64,000 bases of DNA from Phyllobates terribilis (taxonomy: Eukaryota). Position numbers and translations under genes: made by a program. The notes under the pieces were generated by a model. That model saw nothing but the letters and a program-made list of their open reading frames with translations. It had not been told where the DNA came from and searched no databases. Positions 25,122-38,616 of this stretch are shown one piece after another. Position 1 is the stretch's first letter. The number at the start of each line of letters is the position of its first letter. The DNA lies in assembly GCF_046119375.1 (NCBI RefSeq), contig NW_027362762.1, forward strand, positions 190,092,001 through 190,156,000. The letters run 5' to 3'.

Positions 25122-26494
25122 TAGAAACTTTATCTACTCATCATACCAAAGATCCCTGGTGTAGACATCTATGTGGAGAGAGGAAGACTTTACTGTGCAT
25201 GTAGGCTATGGGCAAATGGACCCCAGTAGAATGTATGGGTGGGCGCATGCACAGGAACGCTTATCTCTCCCAGTTTTATACACAGGAGCTGCGACACTAC
25301 ATTTGGTTTTGCTTTGGTTACCATTTTCTCCATGTTTTTGAACTTGCTGTGAATTACATCAAACTCCATGAAGGCAAAGAAGTGGACAGATTCTTTTCTT
25401 CTTGCATTCATGGATGTTAATACAGGAGCAGACATGCTGCCAATATCTGCATTTATTTTTCCAATTTCTTTTTCAGTAGTCTGTCTGTTCTGCTTGTTAC
25501 TGTGTAACCATTGCATTGGTCTGTGCATTACTTTAAAATTCACAATAATGACATATCGGTATAAAGGGGTAAAAGCTCTTGATAGTGATTTCTGACGAAA
25601 AGCTTTTATTGCCCCTTAGATCTATTCAATTAGAATAATTGCTGGATTTGAGGATTAAGATATTCTGTTCCCAGTTATTACTGGAGATGCCTGCACACCT
25701 TAATTGTAATCAGTGGGAATTCCAGATACCCTTGCAGTACATATATAACTTTTGGCGTGTATATATAGCTTCTCATGCGCCCCAATAATTGGAATAACAA
25801 GAGATGCCATATGAACACCCTGCTGTTCACCGAAGGCAGGGACTCTTGTTCTCAAGATGGCTGTGATCTTACCGGCCAGGCTGCCAGCACCATTCTTGTT
25901 AATGGGCAGCGTTTAGTATAGCCCAGCTCTATTACGTTCCATACTGAAACCGCATAATGACAGTACAAAAAAGGATCACTTTTTTAAAATCTTTTTTTTT
26001 TTTATGATATTGTACCATAAAATCTGTTTTAAAATGAGAATAATCAAGAATAACAACAAGGTCCTTTTAGGATTAACAGTAACCTAAACAGGTATTCCAG
26101 TAACTTAATTTCACGTATCCACCTGATAAGTGATGACCTCTAGATCTGTGAGGGTCTGTTGGCTGAGACCCTGTCCGATCACACAGAACCGGGCACTTTA
26201 GTCCACTTTTTGAATGAAGCAGCAGTGCACATGCTCGAGTGCTGTTTCATTCATTCTGTATGAGACTGTCTGATAAAGCCGACCTCAGTGCTCTGCTATT
26301 TCTGGTAGTCCCATAGTGAATGAATAGAACAATAGCCGATCATGAGCAAACAGTGGACTAACGTGCCCTGTTTTGGTGCAGACCCACACAGATCTAGAAG
26401 TTAGAATTCATCCCTTTAGGGGTTTCTTGACCAGACTTCAAGTGTACCTACACTTTCACGAGAAAATGATAATACTGCAGAGTCCTGCACTATA

Positions 26495-26755
26495 TAATTT
26501 CTCTAAATCACTTTTTTAGCGATTTTTGCTGATAACCCGCAGTACAGACCCCCGAAGTCTGTTCTGCAGAATACACTAAAATATGCAGTGTCCTGCTTGT
26601 GACTTGGTTGCCTTCTTCAGTAAAATCTTAGGACGCTCTCTTCCGCGCTGAAAATGGTACCCGAGCAGCATAGTGTAGTGTCGTCTATAGCAGAGTTCAG
26701 GTGGTCTGTACTGCGAGTTATTGGCAGAAATGGCTAAAAGAGTGATTTAGAAAAA
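26495..26755. repeat. Imperfect palindromic MITE-like element
   Basis: CTAAATCACT..GCAGTACAGACC and GGTCTGTACTGC..AGTGATTTAG arms. Confidence 0.65.
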
Positions 26756-29187
26756 ATGATTATACTTTATAGCGCAGCACTAATCAGTTTGTTGTGAAAT
26801 TATCGGTACGCTTTAACTGAAAAGCCCTATTTTACGTATAATATGAAGGCGAAAGTGTTTGATTGGCGTCACTGCCATGACTTGTCTTCTCTATCGTTTT
26901 TGACGGTCACTATTTTTTTAAATTTACTTATCTGCTTTGTTCCGTTACTCGGGCAATACAAGTAAGAAAGCCGTCCCCAAGCTTCTTTGTAACAGTATTG
27001 AATATTAGGGATAAAGTTTGTGGCTGCTTTGTCTTTTTAATTTTACGCCTGGGATAGCCATTCATATACTGATCCCACTGTATAGTAAATTTCTGCAGGA
27101 ACGGTTTATAGGACAATCAAATTTAACAGGTTTTGTTTCTGAATATTTTCTATTTTTTGATTTTACAAGTGTGATAACTCTCCGCCTGAAGGCTCATCTT
27201 CATACTGTAGATTGGGTTTGGTGACGGAAGTAATTTTTTATATGGAGGTATAGGTAACATGTTGTTCACTTGCTGCGGCTGATAAATGAGCTAACTCAGG
27301 ATAATATTGTGTGACATCTAATACATAGAATACAGGAACAGAAAGTCTGAGGTATCTTGTGATGTGAATTCCATGCCTTAACAATTGCTGCAGGATACAG
27401 TGAAGATTTAGCAAAACCAGTGCATATATAAAGTGGATCACTTGTCCATAGCAACCCGATTTCAGCAGTACCCCATAAGAAGATCTGGAAACTTTTGGCA
27501 ACTTCATCTTTATCTGCTCCAGATTTGATAAATCTCCCACCTTGAAATAACATACATGAATAACTATAGTCTATAAACCATATCCTAGCACATTTCTGTT
27601 GGCTGAAATTTTTAGGGATAGGGGGAGTGAACCCCAAAACCAATTAACTTAGAGATCAAGTCCAGTTGCACTTGACATTGCTACCCAACACGCAGTAGGG
27701 TTTTCAGCCTGACAAGCTGCTTTCACTCTTTGCTGTCAGCACGCCAGTCTTCCTAAAAGCGGAGTCTTGTCTGACAATCTAGATGTTGGGAAAACACCGC
27801 ATAACAATTGTTTTTTTTTTAATTGGTTTGCTGGCAAATTGGTTTCAACATTTTGAGCTCCTCTCAGGTCTTCTGCTGAAGGCCAAGTTGCCATTCGCCC
27901 AAAGGCACGGAAAGGGGACAGAACCTTGATGGGTCTTTCTTTATCTTTGCACTAATTATATTCCTCTGCACAAAAAATAGACGGAGTACCTCTTTTTAAA
28001 AACGTCAGCTATGTGCTTTTTATGATATCTCTATTCACAGAACGCAGCTTGTTCACAAGGTGTTAACTTATAAGTCCAAACTGCATTACAATGAAGGAAT
28101 AGCTGAAATGTGTGTGGTAGAATTACAGTATGGGCTGATCTTTGGGATTGAGGGGTTAAATGGTCTTGTATAATATTTTGTTAAATTAAAACTTTTATGC
28201 TTTGAATTGTGTTCTTTTGGCTTTGATTCTCGGGTGGTGTGACAGAGGCCTGGTGAGTGTGCGCTGGAGGACCATACATGTAGACTCTGGTACATTGTAT
28301 TTCTGGTAAATCCTGGTATTATTTTCAGATGCTGGAGGCACAGTACTGTCATTAATAAAATGGCTGTACCTGGCGTGGTAGTCTGGGGCTAGTTCTGAAC
28401 ATGACAGGCTAGGTGACTGCTTCCCTAAACAATACTTTCTTCATTAACTTTTATGCTGCACTCATACAGCCAAGTTGTACATTTATAGCCATTATGTGTT
28501 ATGATTTTTTTCATGATGGCATCTCATCAAGACATTTTTGGGAAACTCATCTGATTTTTGGCCCTAAATCCCCCACCCTTCATTAAAAACAACCCAGCTG
28601 TGTTAATGCAGCCAAAGGGCGTATTCCGACATCAATTTTTTTTTTTTTTAAATATCGATAAAAACAGTCCTACTTTCATCAGTGATTTTGCTCAGTGTCA
28701 TCCAAATTTTATCAATTTTTCTCAGATGAGAAAAAAAAGTTTTTCTACCTTCTCCTAGCTAGCTGTTAGAAACAGACAGCACTCCGGTGGTACATTTGTG
28801 TTTGTGACAGATTGCATCCCGGTATCCATATTACGGTGGGAAAAACCAAACTTGGTGACCTTGTATCACTCTCGAACTATGGTACACCAAGGAGAGGTGG
28901 ACTTAATCTTTAAATGAACGCAAGGATGCAGCCTCATTATGGCTGTACATGTGACCTAAGGCCTCATTGCCATCTGGGTGCCACTGTGTGGCTTTTACAG
29001 ACAAATCGCCTTGCAATGACTAGGTGTCTTAAGCTAGGTATACATATTATATATGTGTATATCCTCCAAAGCCATTTAATTTTAGCAGAATTGGCTGACC
29101 AGCTAAGGCCTTCTTCACACATCAGGCTTTTTTTTTTTTCCGCGCTCTTACATGTAACCGACTTTCATTTTGTATTTATTATCCAAG

Positions 29188-29193
29188 AATAAA
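29188..29193 (+). terminator. Candidate distal polyadenylation signal of DNAJC14
   Basis: AATAAA with upstream TGTA and a downstream T-rich tract. Confidence 0.4.
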
Positions 29194-31320
29194 GTTGCTG
29201 AAGCTTTGCAAAATGTTTTTTTTTTTTTAAGATTCTAATTGGTAGATTCTCTAAGTGGGGAAAAAAGAGACAGTGTTGCGTGTGAGACCTCTAGCTGAGG
29301 TGCAGGGGGACCTCTGACATTTCTTGCTGGGGAGAGAGTTGACATCCAACTGGCTTTACCTGTCTGGTCCTTTTGTTCTTGAGAAAATGAGCTGCCGCTA
29401 CAGGAGTCTTCTTACTGGGTACTGGAGAGACTTCTGTGCCCGCCCTGCTTACACTGAGCTTATACATTTTAAGTGTATATTTTTCAGTTTCCTGATATAC
29501 CAAGTGATCGTAAGCAATTACTGCACATACAATAAATTGAAAGGTTTTTTTCGTTCATAAACTTACATGCTGCAGCTCGAATGGGTAACACAGATCATTT
29601 CTGGAGTGTATGGATGAGACTTACTAAAAACCTGCAAATCTTTGAGAAATCCAGTGTATCCACCCTGTATAAGCCTACCTGTAGTGTGCAGAAAATGATA
29701 GATCCATCGCACTTATTGTCGGTTTTGAATTTATTTGCATACGATGTCAGAATATTATTTCTGAAATATACATTATAAACACACACATCAAGCTTAAAGT
29801 GACAATCAATGAAAAAGTAAAACCTTTGGTCCCCAGGTCTGCCACCCACTGGATCTAAGGGTAACCTGTTATAAAGCGTTTCTCCTGACTTCACAAGCAG
29901 CTGCTCTATGAAGTATAATTACTATGTATATTGTGCTCTTCTCATTTTGTCCAAGTTTTGTTAAACTGAATTACAATATTTCTAGATTAGTGTTGAATTT
30001 TCAGTCTGTGATCTTTTTTTTTGTTGCAAGCAGTGATATCAGCTAACAATAGGTAAACCTGTCATTTTCAAGAGACTTTTCTATTGTAGAGGACTGTAAG
30101 CGCAGAATGACTGACTGTTGAAACAAAGTACAGGCACTCAATACTCCATGGCGGAGCCAATCATTTCTATACACCTTCCCACCTGCTTCCACCCTCACTC
30201 TATCTGCTCCCTTCTCTATGAAGCCAGAGCTGCCAATCAAAGAAAAGAGGTGTAGGGATAGAGGGAAAACAAGCAGGTGGTAAGGTGTATATAAATGATT
30301 TGGTTTTAATAGTCGTTCTCTGGTGACAGAGTCCCTTTAACTAACATCTGTTTTTTTGGGCAAGGAACATACAGAGAAAGGCTAGTATTACACTGCCTTA
30401 AGATAGCCATACCACTCAGACCCCACAATTCTACCCAATTGACTTCAGTTTGGTGGTGAATGTTGCTGTAAGGCAGCTGCAGTGTAAATCCAGTCTAATA
30501 GTGAAGTGTTAAACATTTCAAGCTTGCTGCAAACATAATTTACACTTGATATAGTTAAGATATTCTCTCTTTCAACAGCCACTTGGAAAATTCATTATTT
30601 TCTAAAGAAGCTGGCAAAGTCATAAAAAATATCCAGAACACTGTACAGTGATTTTGCATGGGCAGCTAAGTAAAGCCACATGTAGAATCTGTATTTTTTT
30701 TTTCCTACCAGGACCAAAGTTACAGCTGTGTGCATACTGCCGGATAGGGGTCAAATCGTGTCTGACTGGACCAGTGCTCCACACAACAGCTATGGGATTT
30801 CAGGATGCCAGGATTATACTCTAGAGCAAGGAAATTTGTGTTAGTAATCTCTGTGAGATCGAGCCTGCTTCTTTCTGAGATGTGCTATCATTTATACACT
30901 GTGTAGTGCCTTAGGAACTTTACTTCCTCACACATATCATACATTATTGTTATTTAAGGGGTTCTCTATTAAACTTGTTAAAGACAACATGCATTGTCCT
31001 CCATTTAGTAATAATTCTGCCTTAAGCATGTGAAGATCCTATAGACTCTTCAGGAAAAAGCCACCTGATCTCAGAACAGTGTGAACAAGAAACAAATCCA
31101 ATCCTGGTTTTGTGTTAAGACACACATACAACCTAAAGAAACTAGAACGATTATGAACATCTACGTGAGGATCACTAGAGATGTATACTTAGTACTCTTC
31201 ATGGGACAGCATTCAATATTCACTAACCCGCAGCCATACAAACGAAGAAGCCTTCACCGTAGCACTCAGGTATACGCCATTGGGAACACTACTAGTATTT
31301 GTATATGAAAAGGTACTGAC

Positions 31321-31657
31321 TAGTGATGAGCAAGTATGTTTTAACCCTTTCGGCGAGTATGCTCGGGCCGAGCACTGAGTCGTTACAGCTGCTCAGTGTT
31401 ATGTTTGGATCACTCACGTGTGCATGATTTGTGACTGTCAGTTTTATTACATGTAAGGAATGTGTAAGAAATTGACAGCTTTATTACATGGGAGGAATGT
31501 CTATTTCTTACACATTCCTTACATGTAATAAAACTGACAGTCACAAATCATGCACACGTGAGTGATCCAAACATAACACCGAGCAGCTGTAACTACTCGG
31601 TGCTCGGCCCGAGCATACTCGGCGAAAGGGTTAACAAAACATACTCACTCATCACTA
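31321..31657. mobile_element. Palindromic hAT MITE (same family as 19552-19862)
   Basis: TAGTGATGAG termini; 8-bp TSD GTACTGAC. Confidence 0.9.
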
Positions 31658-32427
31658 GTACTGACATTAAAAAAAACATGCATACATATCCCATGGGTGA
31701 CACCCAATGCAGTTCACTTACCTTCAACCCTATGTGCCCATTGCTTGGATATAGGTACGCTGCATTTATAACAGATATTGTCCAGATGACACCCTAATAT
31801 CCAGCGCTACCGTAGCCAAAGTTGCAATCTGTCATCTTAGAATAAGGTCAGTAATAACTATAAGATATCATCCTGGTTATGGGAATGTATGTGTTCATTG
31901 CTCTCATTTTCCTGATTTATTTTTCTTTATTTCCATAAACTCTTTACATCACTGTGCAAAACAAAGCGGTCCAAACTAATTTTAATGAAAATTAAAAAAG
32001 AGAAAACATTTAATACTTAACATAAGGGACTGCTGATTTACACCTTCATTTACAGCAATGGTCTTTCCCCTGTGGGTATAGCACAGCCCATATACATTAC
32101 TTTGAGCACAGCTGTGTGCGTCAGCAGATTACTATGCGCCCTTATTTTTAATTTAATTTAAACTAATTAAATGCCCCCTACACCCTCCCCCCCCACTCAA
32201 GTTAGGTCCAAAATGTCACTTCTTCCGTAATAAGTTGTGTGTATGATCGTTTGATTATCCTTCTATCTGAATCTTGAAGCATCACAGTATAAAACACAGG
32301 TAGGACGGGAAACTTCTCACACAATATTATACAGCCTGGTCTCTTCAGCTCCATAATGAGAATAATGTCCCCCTATTTGATCATGCAGAACATGACTCGT
32401 GACAGGCAGCATTCTCATCTGACCGCT

Positions 32428-32563
32428 TCAGTATTTATTAATCCCAAATATTCGTACTCCGTGGAATTGTGGGAGTTTGGGAAGAAGGACACTGAGAAGT
32501 GACAAGGTGTTGATAAAGAAATGGACAGCATCGTATTTGGTGTAGAAGCTGGCAAGGAGGTAT
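32428..32563 (-). CDS. ORMDL2: ORM1-like protein 2, last coding exon
   Basis: 136 nt; [44 protein letters not shown]. Confidence 0.95.
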
Positions 32564-33324
32564 CTGGCAGAAAGAAAACACAAGAATCCATTACTTAGAC
32601 ATTTTCTACTTCAATATCTCACATAAATTACATTCTACAAAATGAAAGTTGCAAAAAGCTTTCCTAGACTGGCCGTACATTCACCGCCCCATCTGTTTAG
32701 GATACGTTCAGATCTTTCTGTACATATGGTGTCAGAGCCTTTAGGCTGAAATTAAACTCTAAATGTTTGGTTGCAAGATTACAGCCTGTGTATACAGGCC
32801 AATAATATTTCAGGACAGCCCCTGTTCACTAAGGTGCCAGATGAGCCGACTATTGCAGCTGATGAGGGCCTAAAAATCATGTCACCCCCATGAAAAAAAA
32901 ATGATTATTGTGGTGGAGAGCTGATAGAAAACGGCCATGTTCCCCTGCTTGTAAGTATCTGACAATAATACAAGTGAAAGCTTTATCCCCTAACTTACTA
33001 ATCACTGGGGGTCTGACTGCTGGGACACCAAGAGATCCCAAGAACGGACTTTGGAACACCAAAGTCATATTCTTAATCAGCACCATAAACTTAATATAGA
33101 ACGGTTCAGACATCATTGGTACCAAAATCACTGTATACCAGTGTTACCTTTGGGGATGCAGGAAAAAGCCGAGCAAAGTGCTGGGAAATTTCTGGCAGTC
33201 CTATAGAAAATGAATGGCGCAAAGTTCGAGCATGCACACCTCTGCGCCATTTAAGACTTCTGTAGCCTCCTTGTATCACAGCAAGTCTGGTGGCAGGGTT
33301 TTCAGCCTGTGTATCTTTCTTTAA

Positions 33325-33733
33325 AGCACCACTCCAGCGTTTTTATAGCAGTGCTGGAATGGTGCTACTACACTAAGTTCCCTGACCCTAGTCTTATGCT
33401 TACCAGACGCCGTCTTCAGATGTTCTCGGTGCTGCGCCGTTCCTGTGCCCACTGCTTCTTACTGACCAGAAATCAGAGGTAACGGTCACAAGCTCTCAAT
33501 GTAAATCTATGAGAGCTGGAACCAGATTCTCATAGACTTGCATTAAAAATTGACCTCCAGCTCATCCAGCAAACACTGGAGCGATCTGGCAGGTCACACA
33601 CTGCTGGAGACCGACCGAAGCGGCGCAGAGAACATCTGAAGACGGCAGCTGGTAAGTATAAGACTGGAGGCAGGGAACTCAGTTTAGTAGCGCCACTCCA
33701 GCGCTGCAATAAAAAAAATGCTGGAGTGATGCT
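33325..33733. mobile_element. Palindromic TTAA-flanked MITE
   Basis: TTAA-AGCACCACTCCAGCG ... GCTGGAGTGATGCT-TTAA; long inverted arms. Confidence 0.8.
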
Positions 33734-34377
33734 TTAAGCAAACTTTGCTGATCTATGGCAAGTAGATATTTGATTTGGTCAAGAAACAATTCAGACGATC
33801 ATGCAGATGATAAAGGTTACTACGCCTACCATCAGAACCTGCTCACTGGCAAATCAGACTGAGAACTCATTCAACTCAGCTGAAAGTGTCCACTAAAAGC
33901 TGTTAAAGACATGTTCTGCACAGTAACAATTACCATTGTAAAACCTGCAGAACCTGCTCCACGAAGGACGGGAAACCAGCTGTATAATCATGTCACATAC
34001 TCCATTCAGTGCATCTCCAAAGGAGGATTACATCAATTACAATATTCAGGCAAGGTTTACAATTTTAATAGGTTTAACCAGCAACCATTAGTTGTTTGTG
34101 GGATTAAGCAAAGCACAAGTCTATATGAATCATATCCCTTAGGTCATGTTCATACACAGCAGGTTATTTCCGGAATCATGTGACACTCTAGCGGCAGTAA
34201 TTCCCTGCTGTGGTCATTTGATGCAGTGACATTATGCCCAACATGTCCTGAAATCCAGATCTAAATCTGTAAAATACCAATTTTGGCTTGGCTGATATAC
34301 AAAACCTAATAAAGAGCATTTAAAGAACTGTCAAGGGAGGAAAACAGTCAGAAAAAGAATGTGCTCTGAATACTTAC

Positions 34378-34529
34378 AAAACAATTGGGGTTATAGTGAG
34401 AAACTTGCGGGAAGAAGTAAATTGGAGGCCATAGTCCATCTGCTCCCAATGAGTAAGGAGCCGAGCTTTACCCTGATCAGGGGTTTCAAATGGGGTGCCC
34501 TTCACTGTGTGCAGGAACAGGTACATGAC
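34378..34529 (-). CDS. ORMDL2: ORMDL2 middle coding exon
   Basis: 152 nt; [50 protein letters not shown]; canonical splice sites. Confidence 0.97.
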
Positions 34530-34646
34530 CTGGGGTGTAAGTCACAGAAGGAGGTTATACTTGTGCCTTATACACGATTTATAACACAACGCTACTCCCT
34601 TATTATCCCACAATGTCTACAACGGAGTTTAAATAGTTCACCCTAA

Positions 34647-35688
34647 GGCTACATTCCCATGGTGAGTTTTTAACGCTGTGTAAATTCAAAAAAATGCAAG
34701 TAACTTATTTTGCTAAGGCCAAGTGCCCACGATGCAGAAATGCTGCATATTTTTTTCGGCTTCTCCCTGGCAGGAAAAATGCATGCAGATTTTACATGCG
34801 TTTTTCCCGCCAGGTAGAAGCGTTTGTCAAGCGTTTTTGCATGCATTTCTGCTTGCGGGTTATCAAGCGATTTTAGCATCACTTGGAAAAGTGCTTGAAA
34901 CTTGGTCACACTATATAAATCCATGCAACCGGCATGGATTTATATAGTGTGACCAAGTAATAGTTAAAAAAAAAATAAATAAATAAGAATGGTAAAAAAT
35001 AAAGATTATACTTACCTTCCGATGGCCCCCGGTATTTTCTCCGCTCCGTCTGGTCTGTTGTATGGGTCGCGGTGGTGTGAAGGACCTGCAGTGACGTCAT
35101 GTGACAGGTCACGCGACCGCCGACATCAGCGGTCGCGTGACCTGTCACATGACTAAATGATGTCACGGCAGGTCCTTCACACCACCGCGACCCATACAAC
35201 AGACCAGACGGAGCGGAGAAAATACCGGGGGCCGTCGGAAGGTAAGTATAATCTTTATTTTTTATTTTAAATTCTTTTTTTAACAGGTTCTATGGTACCT
35301 GGGTCTGGAGGAGAGTCTCCTCTTCTCCAGACCCGGGTACCATCCGCACATAGAATCGCATAATATCCGTGTGTGCAAATGTACTGACATGGATATTATG
35401 CGTTTCAATGCAAGTCAATGGCGCCAATTACGCTGCGTGTCCGCAAAATTAACGGACATGCTGCGTATTTTTCTGCAATGATAATCCGCAGCGGAAATTT
35501 CCGCAGCATGTGCACAGCACATGAGGATTATCATTGGGGACCATGGGGCACGCATTACCAAGCGTTTTCTCTGCGGAAATTCCACGGCAAAAACACTTGA
35601 AAAACGCATAGTGGGCTCGCAGCCTTAGTGGGTGGAGAAAATCTGCAACACCAAAAACTCAACAAAAGCTCATTGTGGGAACATAGCC
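34647..35688. mobile_element. PIF/Harbinger non-autonomous element with a probable nested element (34717-35624) and long hairpins
   Basis: GGCTACATTCCCA / TGGGAACATAGCC TIRs with TAA TSD; hairpins at 34900-34958 and 34994-35263. Confidence 0.8.
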
Positions 35689-36275
35689 TAAGATATATGG
35701 ATTTCTCATAACAAATCTTTTTATTTGGGGAATTTTAATTTAAGGGATAAGGGAATATAAATATGATCAAATCATATTAGTAAACAATTATTCAAATCAG
35801 ACAATTAAGTAAAATATTATAACCTATAGGGAAATAGGAAAGGAGGAAGGATTAAAGCAGAAAGGGGAATAGGAAGAGGAGAAGGAAAAAAAAAAAAGAG
35901 GGGAATAAAAGGGAAGAGTGGTGAAGGATGAACAAAAAAAAACAAAGATATGGATAGAAAAGATCATCCTTATTACAATAATAGTTTAAACAAAACAATT
36001 TTTTCAGTTAGTTTGAACAGATATACAGTTGTACTCGTGATTCCTGGCATAAAATAATACTTCTTATCTATAGAGTCATTCCTACTTGGATGACAGATAC
36101 AAATTCCAAGGAGACCATGTGGTATAATATTTCTTTAAAGAACCACTTCTTAAAGCATATGAATTTTCAAAAGAATTATGAGAAAAAGTTCCTTTCATAA
36201 TTTCTGAAATAGTAAGAACATCCATTGATTTCCACTTAGATGCTATCAGTATTTTTGTCACAGCGAATATATGAT

Positions 36276-37672
36276 TTTTTTTGCATTTTGCAGTGAGAAA
36301 TAAGTATTTGATCCCTCTGGCAAACAACACTTAATACTTGGTGGCAAAATGCCTGTTAGCAAGCACAGGAGTCAGATGTTTTTTGTAGTTGATTATGAGG
36401 GTTGTGCACATGTCAGGAGGAATTATGGTCCACTCCTCTTTGCAGATCATCTCTAAATCATTAAGATTTTGAGGCTTTCGCTTAGCAACTCGGAGCTTCA
36501 ACTCCCTACATATGTTTTCTATGGGATTAAGGTCTGGAGACTGGCTAGGCCACTCCATGACTTTACTGTGCTTCTTTTTGAGCCACTCCTTTGTTGCCTT
36601 GGCTGTATGTTTTGGGTCATTGTCTTGCTGGAAGACCCAGCCACGACCCATCTTCAATGCTCTTACTGAGGGAAGGAGGTTGTTGGCCAAAATCTCGTGA
36701 TTCATGACCCCATCCATTTTCCCTTCAGTACGGTCGTCATGTCCCCTTGCAGAAAAGCACCCCCAAAGTATAATGTTTTCCCCACCATGCTTCACGGTTG
36801 GGACGATGTTCTTAGGGTTGTACTCATCCTCCTTCTTCCTCCAAACACGGCGAGTTGAGTTAATGCCAAAGAGCTCAATTTTTGTCTCATCTGACCACAG
36901 CACCTTCTTCCAATAACTCACAGAATCATCCACGTGTTCATTGACCATCTTCAGACAGGCCTGCACATGTGCCTTCTTGAGCAGGGGGACCTTTTAAGAT
37001 TTTAAACCTTTAAAGGCATAATGCGTTACCAATGGTTTTCTTGGTGACTGTGGTCCCAGCTGCCTTGAGATCATTAACAAGTTCCTCTCGTGTAGTTTTA
37101 GGCTGATCTCTCACCTTCCTCACGATCAAGGATACCCCACGAGGTGAGATTTTGCATGGTGCCCCAGATCGATGTCGATTGACAGTCATTTTTATTTCTT
37201 CCATTTTCTTACTATTGCACCAACAGTTGTCTCCTTCTCACCCAACATCTTACTTATGGTTTTGTAGCCCATTCCAGCTTTGTGCAGGTCTATGATCTTG
37301 TCCCTGACATCCTTAGAAAGCTCTTTGGTCTTGCCCATGTTGTAGATGTTAGAGTCTGACTGATTAATTAAGTCTGTGGACAGGAGTCTTTTATACAGGT
37401 GACTATGTAAGACAGCTGTCTTTAATGCAGGTAACGAGTTGATTAGGAGCATCTAACTGGTCTGTAGGAGCCAGAACTCATAATGGTTTGTGGGGCATCA
37501 AATACTTATTTCTCACTGCAAAATGCAAATAAATTTATCTAATTTATACAATGTGATTTCTTGATTTTTTTTTGGATATTCGCTCTCTCTCAATGTTAAA
37601 ATTAACCTACCCTTAAAATTATAGAGACTGTTCATGTCTTTGTCAGTCGGCAAACTTACAAAACTCTGGTAT
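36276..37672 (-). mobile_element. Tc1 DD34E (Passport-like) transposon, end-truncated and defective
   Basis: [14 protein letters not shown] at 37338; WSDE, QDNDPKH and SPDLNPIEN with 34-residue spacing; stop at 36331; inner IR CAGTGAGAAATAAGTATTTGAT on both sides. Confidence 0.88.
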
Positions 37673-38113
37673 AAAACGGTTTCAAATGTTGCACACTTTT
37701 GGTTCACCTTATAGCTGTGGCAAATTCTAACAACTTTTTAAAAAAGTGGAGCGTAGCACTTTCGGAGACAAGGCCAAACGCAGCCATCAAACTGAATTAG
37801 GACCTAACACCCCCCCCCTTCCCCATTCACCTTTGACCAAGATTGTCTGAACATGCCGATACTGATGGGTTTGGACAATCTGTTCATTGGGGACCCGGCC
37901 AACTGATCGTTGTGGAGATGTCGATAGGGTATGTCTGACTTTGGACTGCCAATTGCTTTGTTCCCCCGGAGATAAGATGTCATCATGTAAGTTGATGGCT
38001 TCGCCATACAGAACACAGGAGCGCTCTGCCGAATGAGCGCACCTGTATATAGTAGAGATGGCTGTCTAATAGACGACTGGCCAAAGCATCGCTTGGCTGA
38101 CAGTCATCTAATG

Positions 38114-38275
38114 CAGGGTTCCCCAACTCCTGTCCTCAAAGACCACTAACAGATCATGTTTTCAGGATTTCCTTAGTATTGCTCAGGTGATAATTCTACC
38201 ACCTATGCAATACTAAGGAAATCCTGAAAACATGACATGTTGGTGGGCCTTGAGGACTGGAGTTGGGGAACCCTG
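38114..38275. mobile_element. hAT (Buster/Charlie-like) MITE
   Basis: CAGGGTTCCCCAACTCC TIRs; 8-bp TSD ATCTAATG with central TA. Confidence 0.9.
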
Positions 38276-38442
38276 ATCTAATGTATATGACCGGCTTATA
38301 AGTCCACATGATTGCACACCAGTGATATATGCTGAGTTTACATATGGTTAATGCATCACAAAATGTCATATTTGTATTCAAATAAAACTGCACCAAATAT
38401 ATTAGTACATTACTCCCAATAGGAATATGCTACGCAACTTAC

Positions 38443-38616
38443 GAGATTGTGAATAACATTAGTCAGGGTCCAGACAACAGGAACGCTGAAGAAGGGAAAG
38501 CTCAAAAGGATGATGTGAAGAAATCCTACAAGAATGATGTAGGCCAGCCATATCCCTCGACTATTCAGCACCCGTGTATTGGGATTCACCTCACTATGCG
38601 CCACCCCAACATTCAT
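38443..38616 (-). CDS. ORMDL2: ORMDL2 first coding exon
   Basis: 174 nt; TAG|G-ATG; [41 protein letters not shown]|GTAAGT. ORMDL2 identity from the N-terminus and synteny with DNAJC14 and SARNP. Confidence 0.95.

Noticed and set aside
27845-27875. Possible minus-strand hammerhead remnant (CCUGAGAGGA..GAAAC)
   Set aside because: Core and stems too degenerate to support
32852-32880. CTGATGA hammerhead core
   Set aside because: No stem II followed by GAAA, and no stem I
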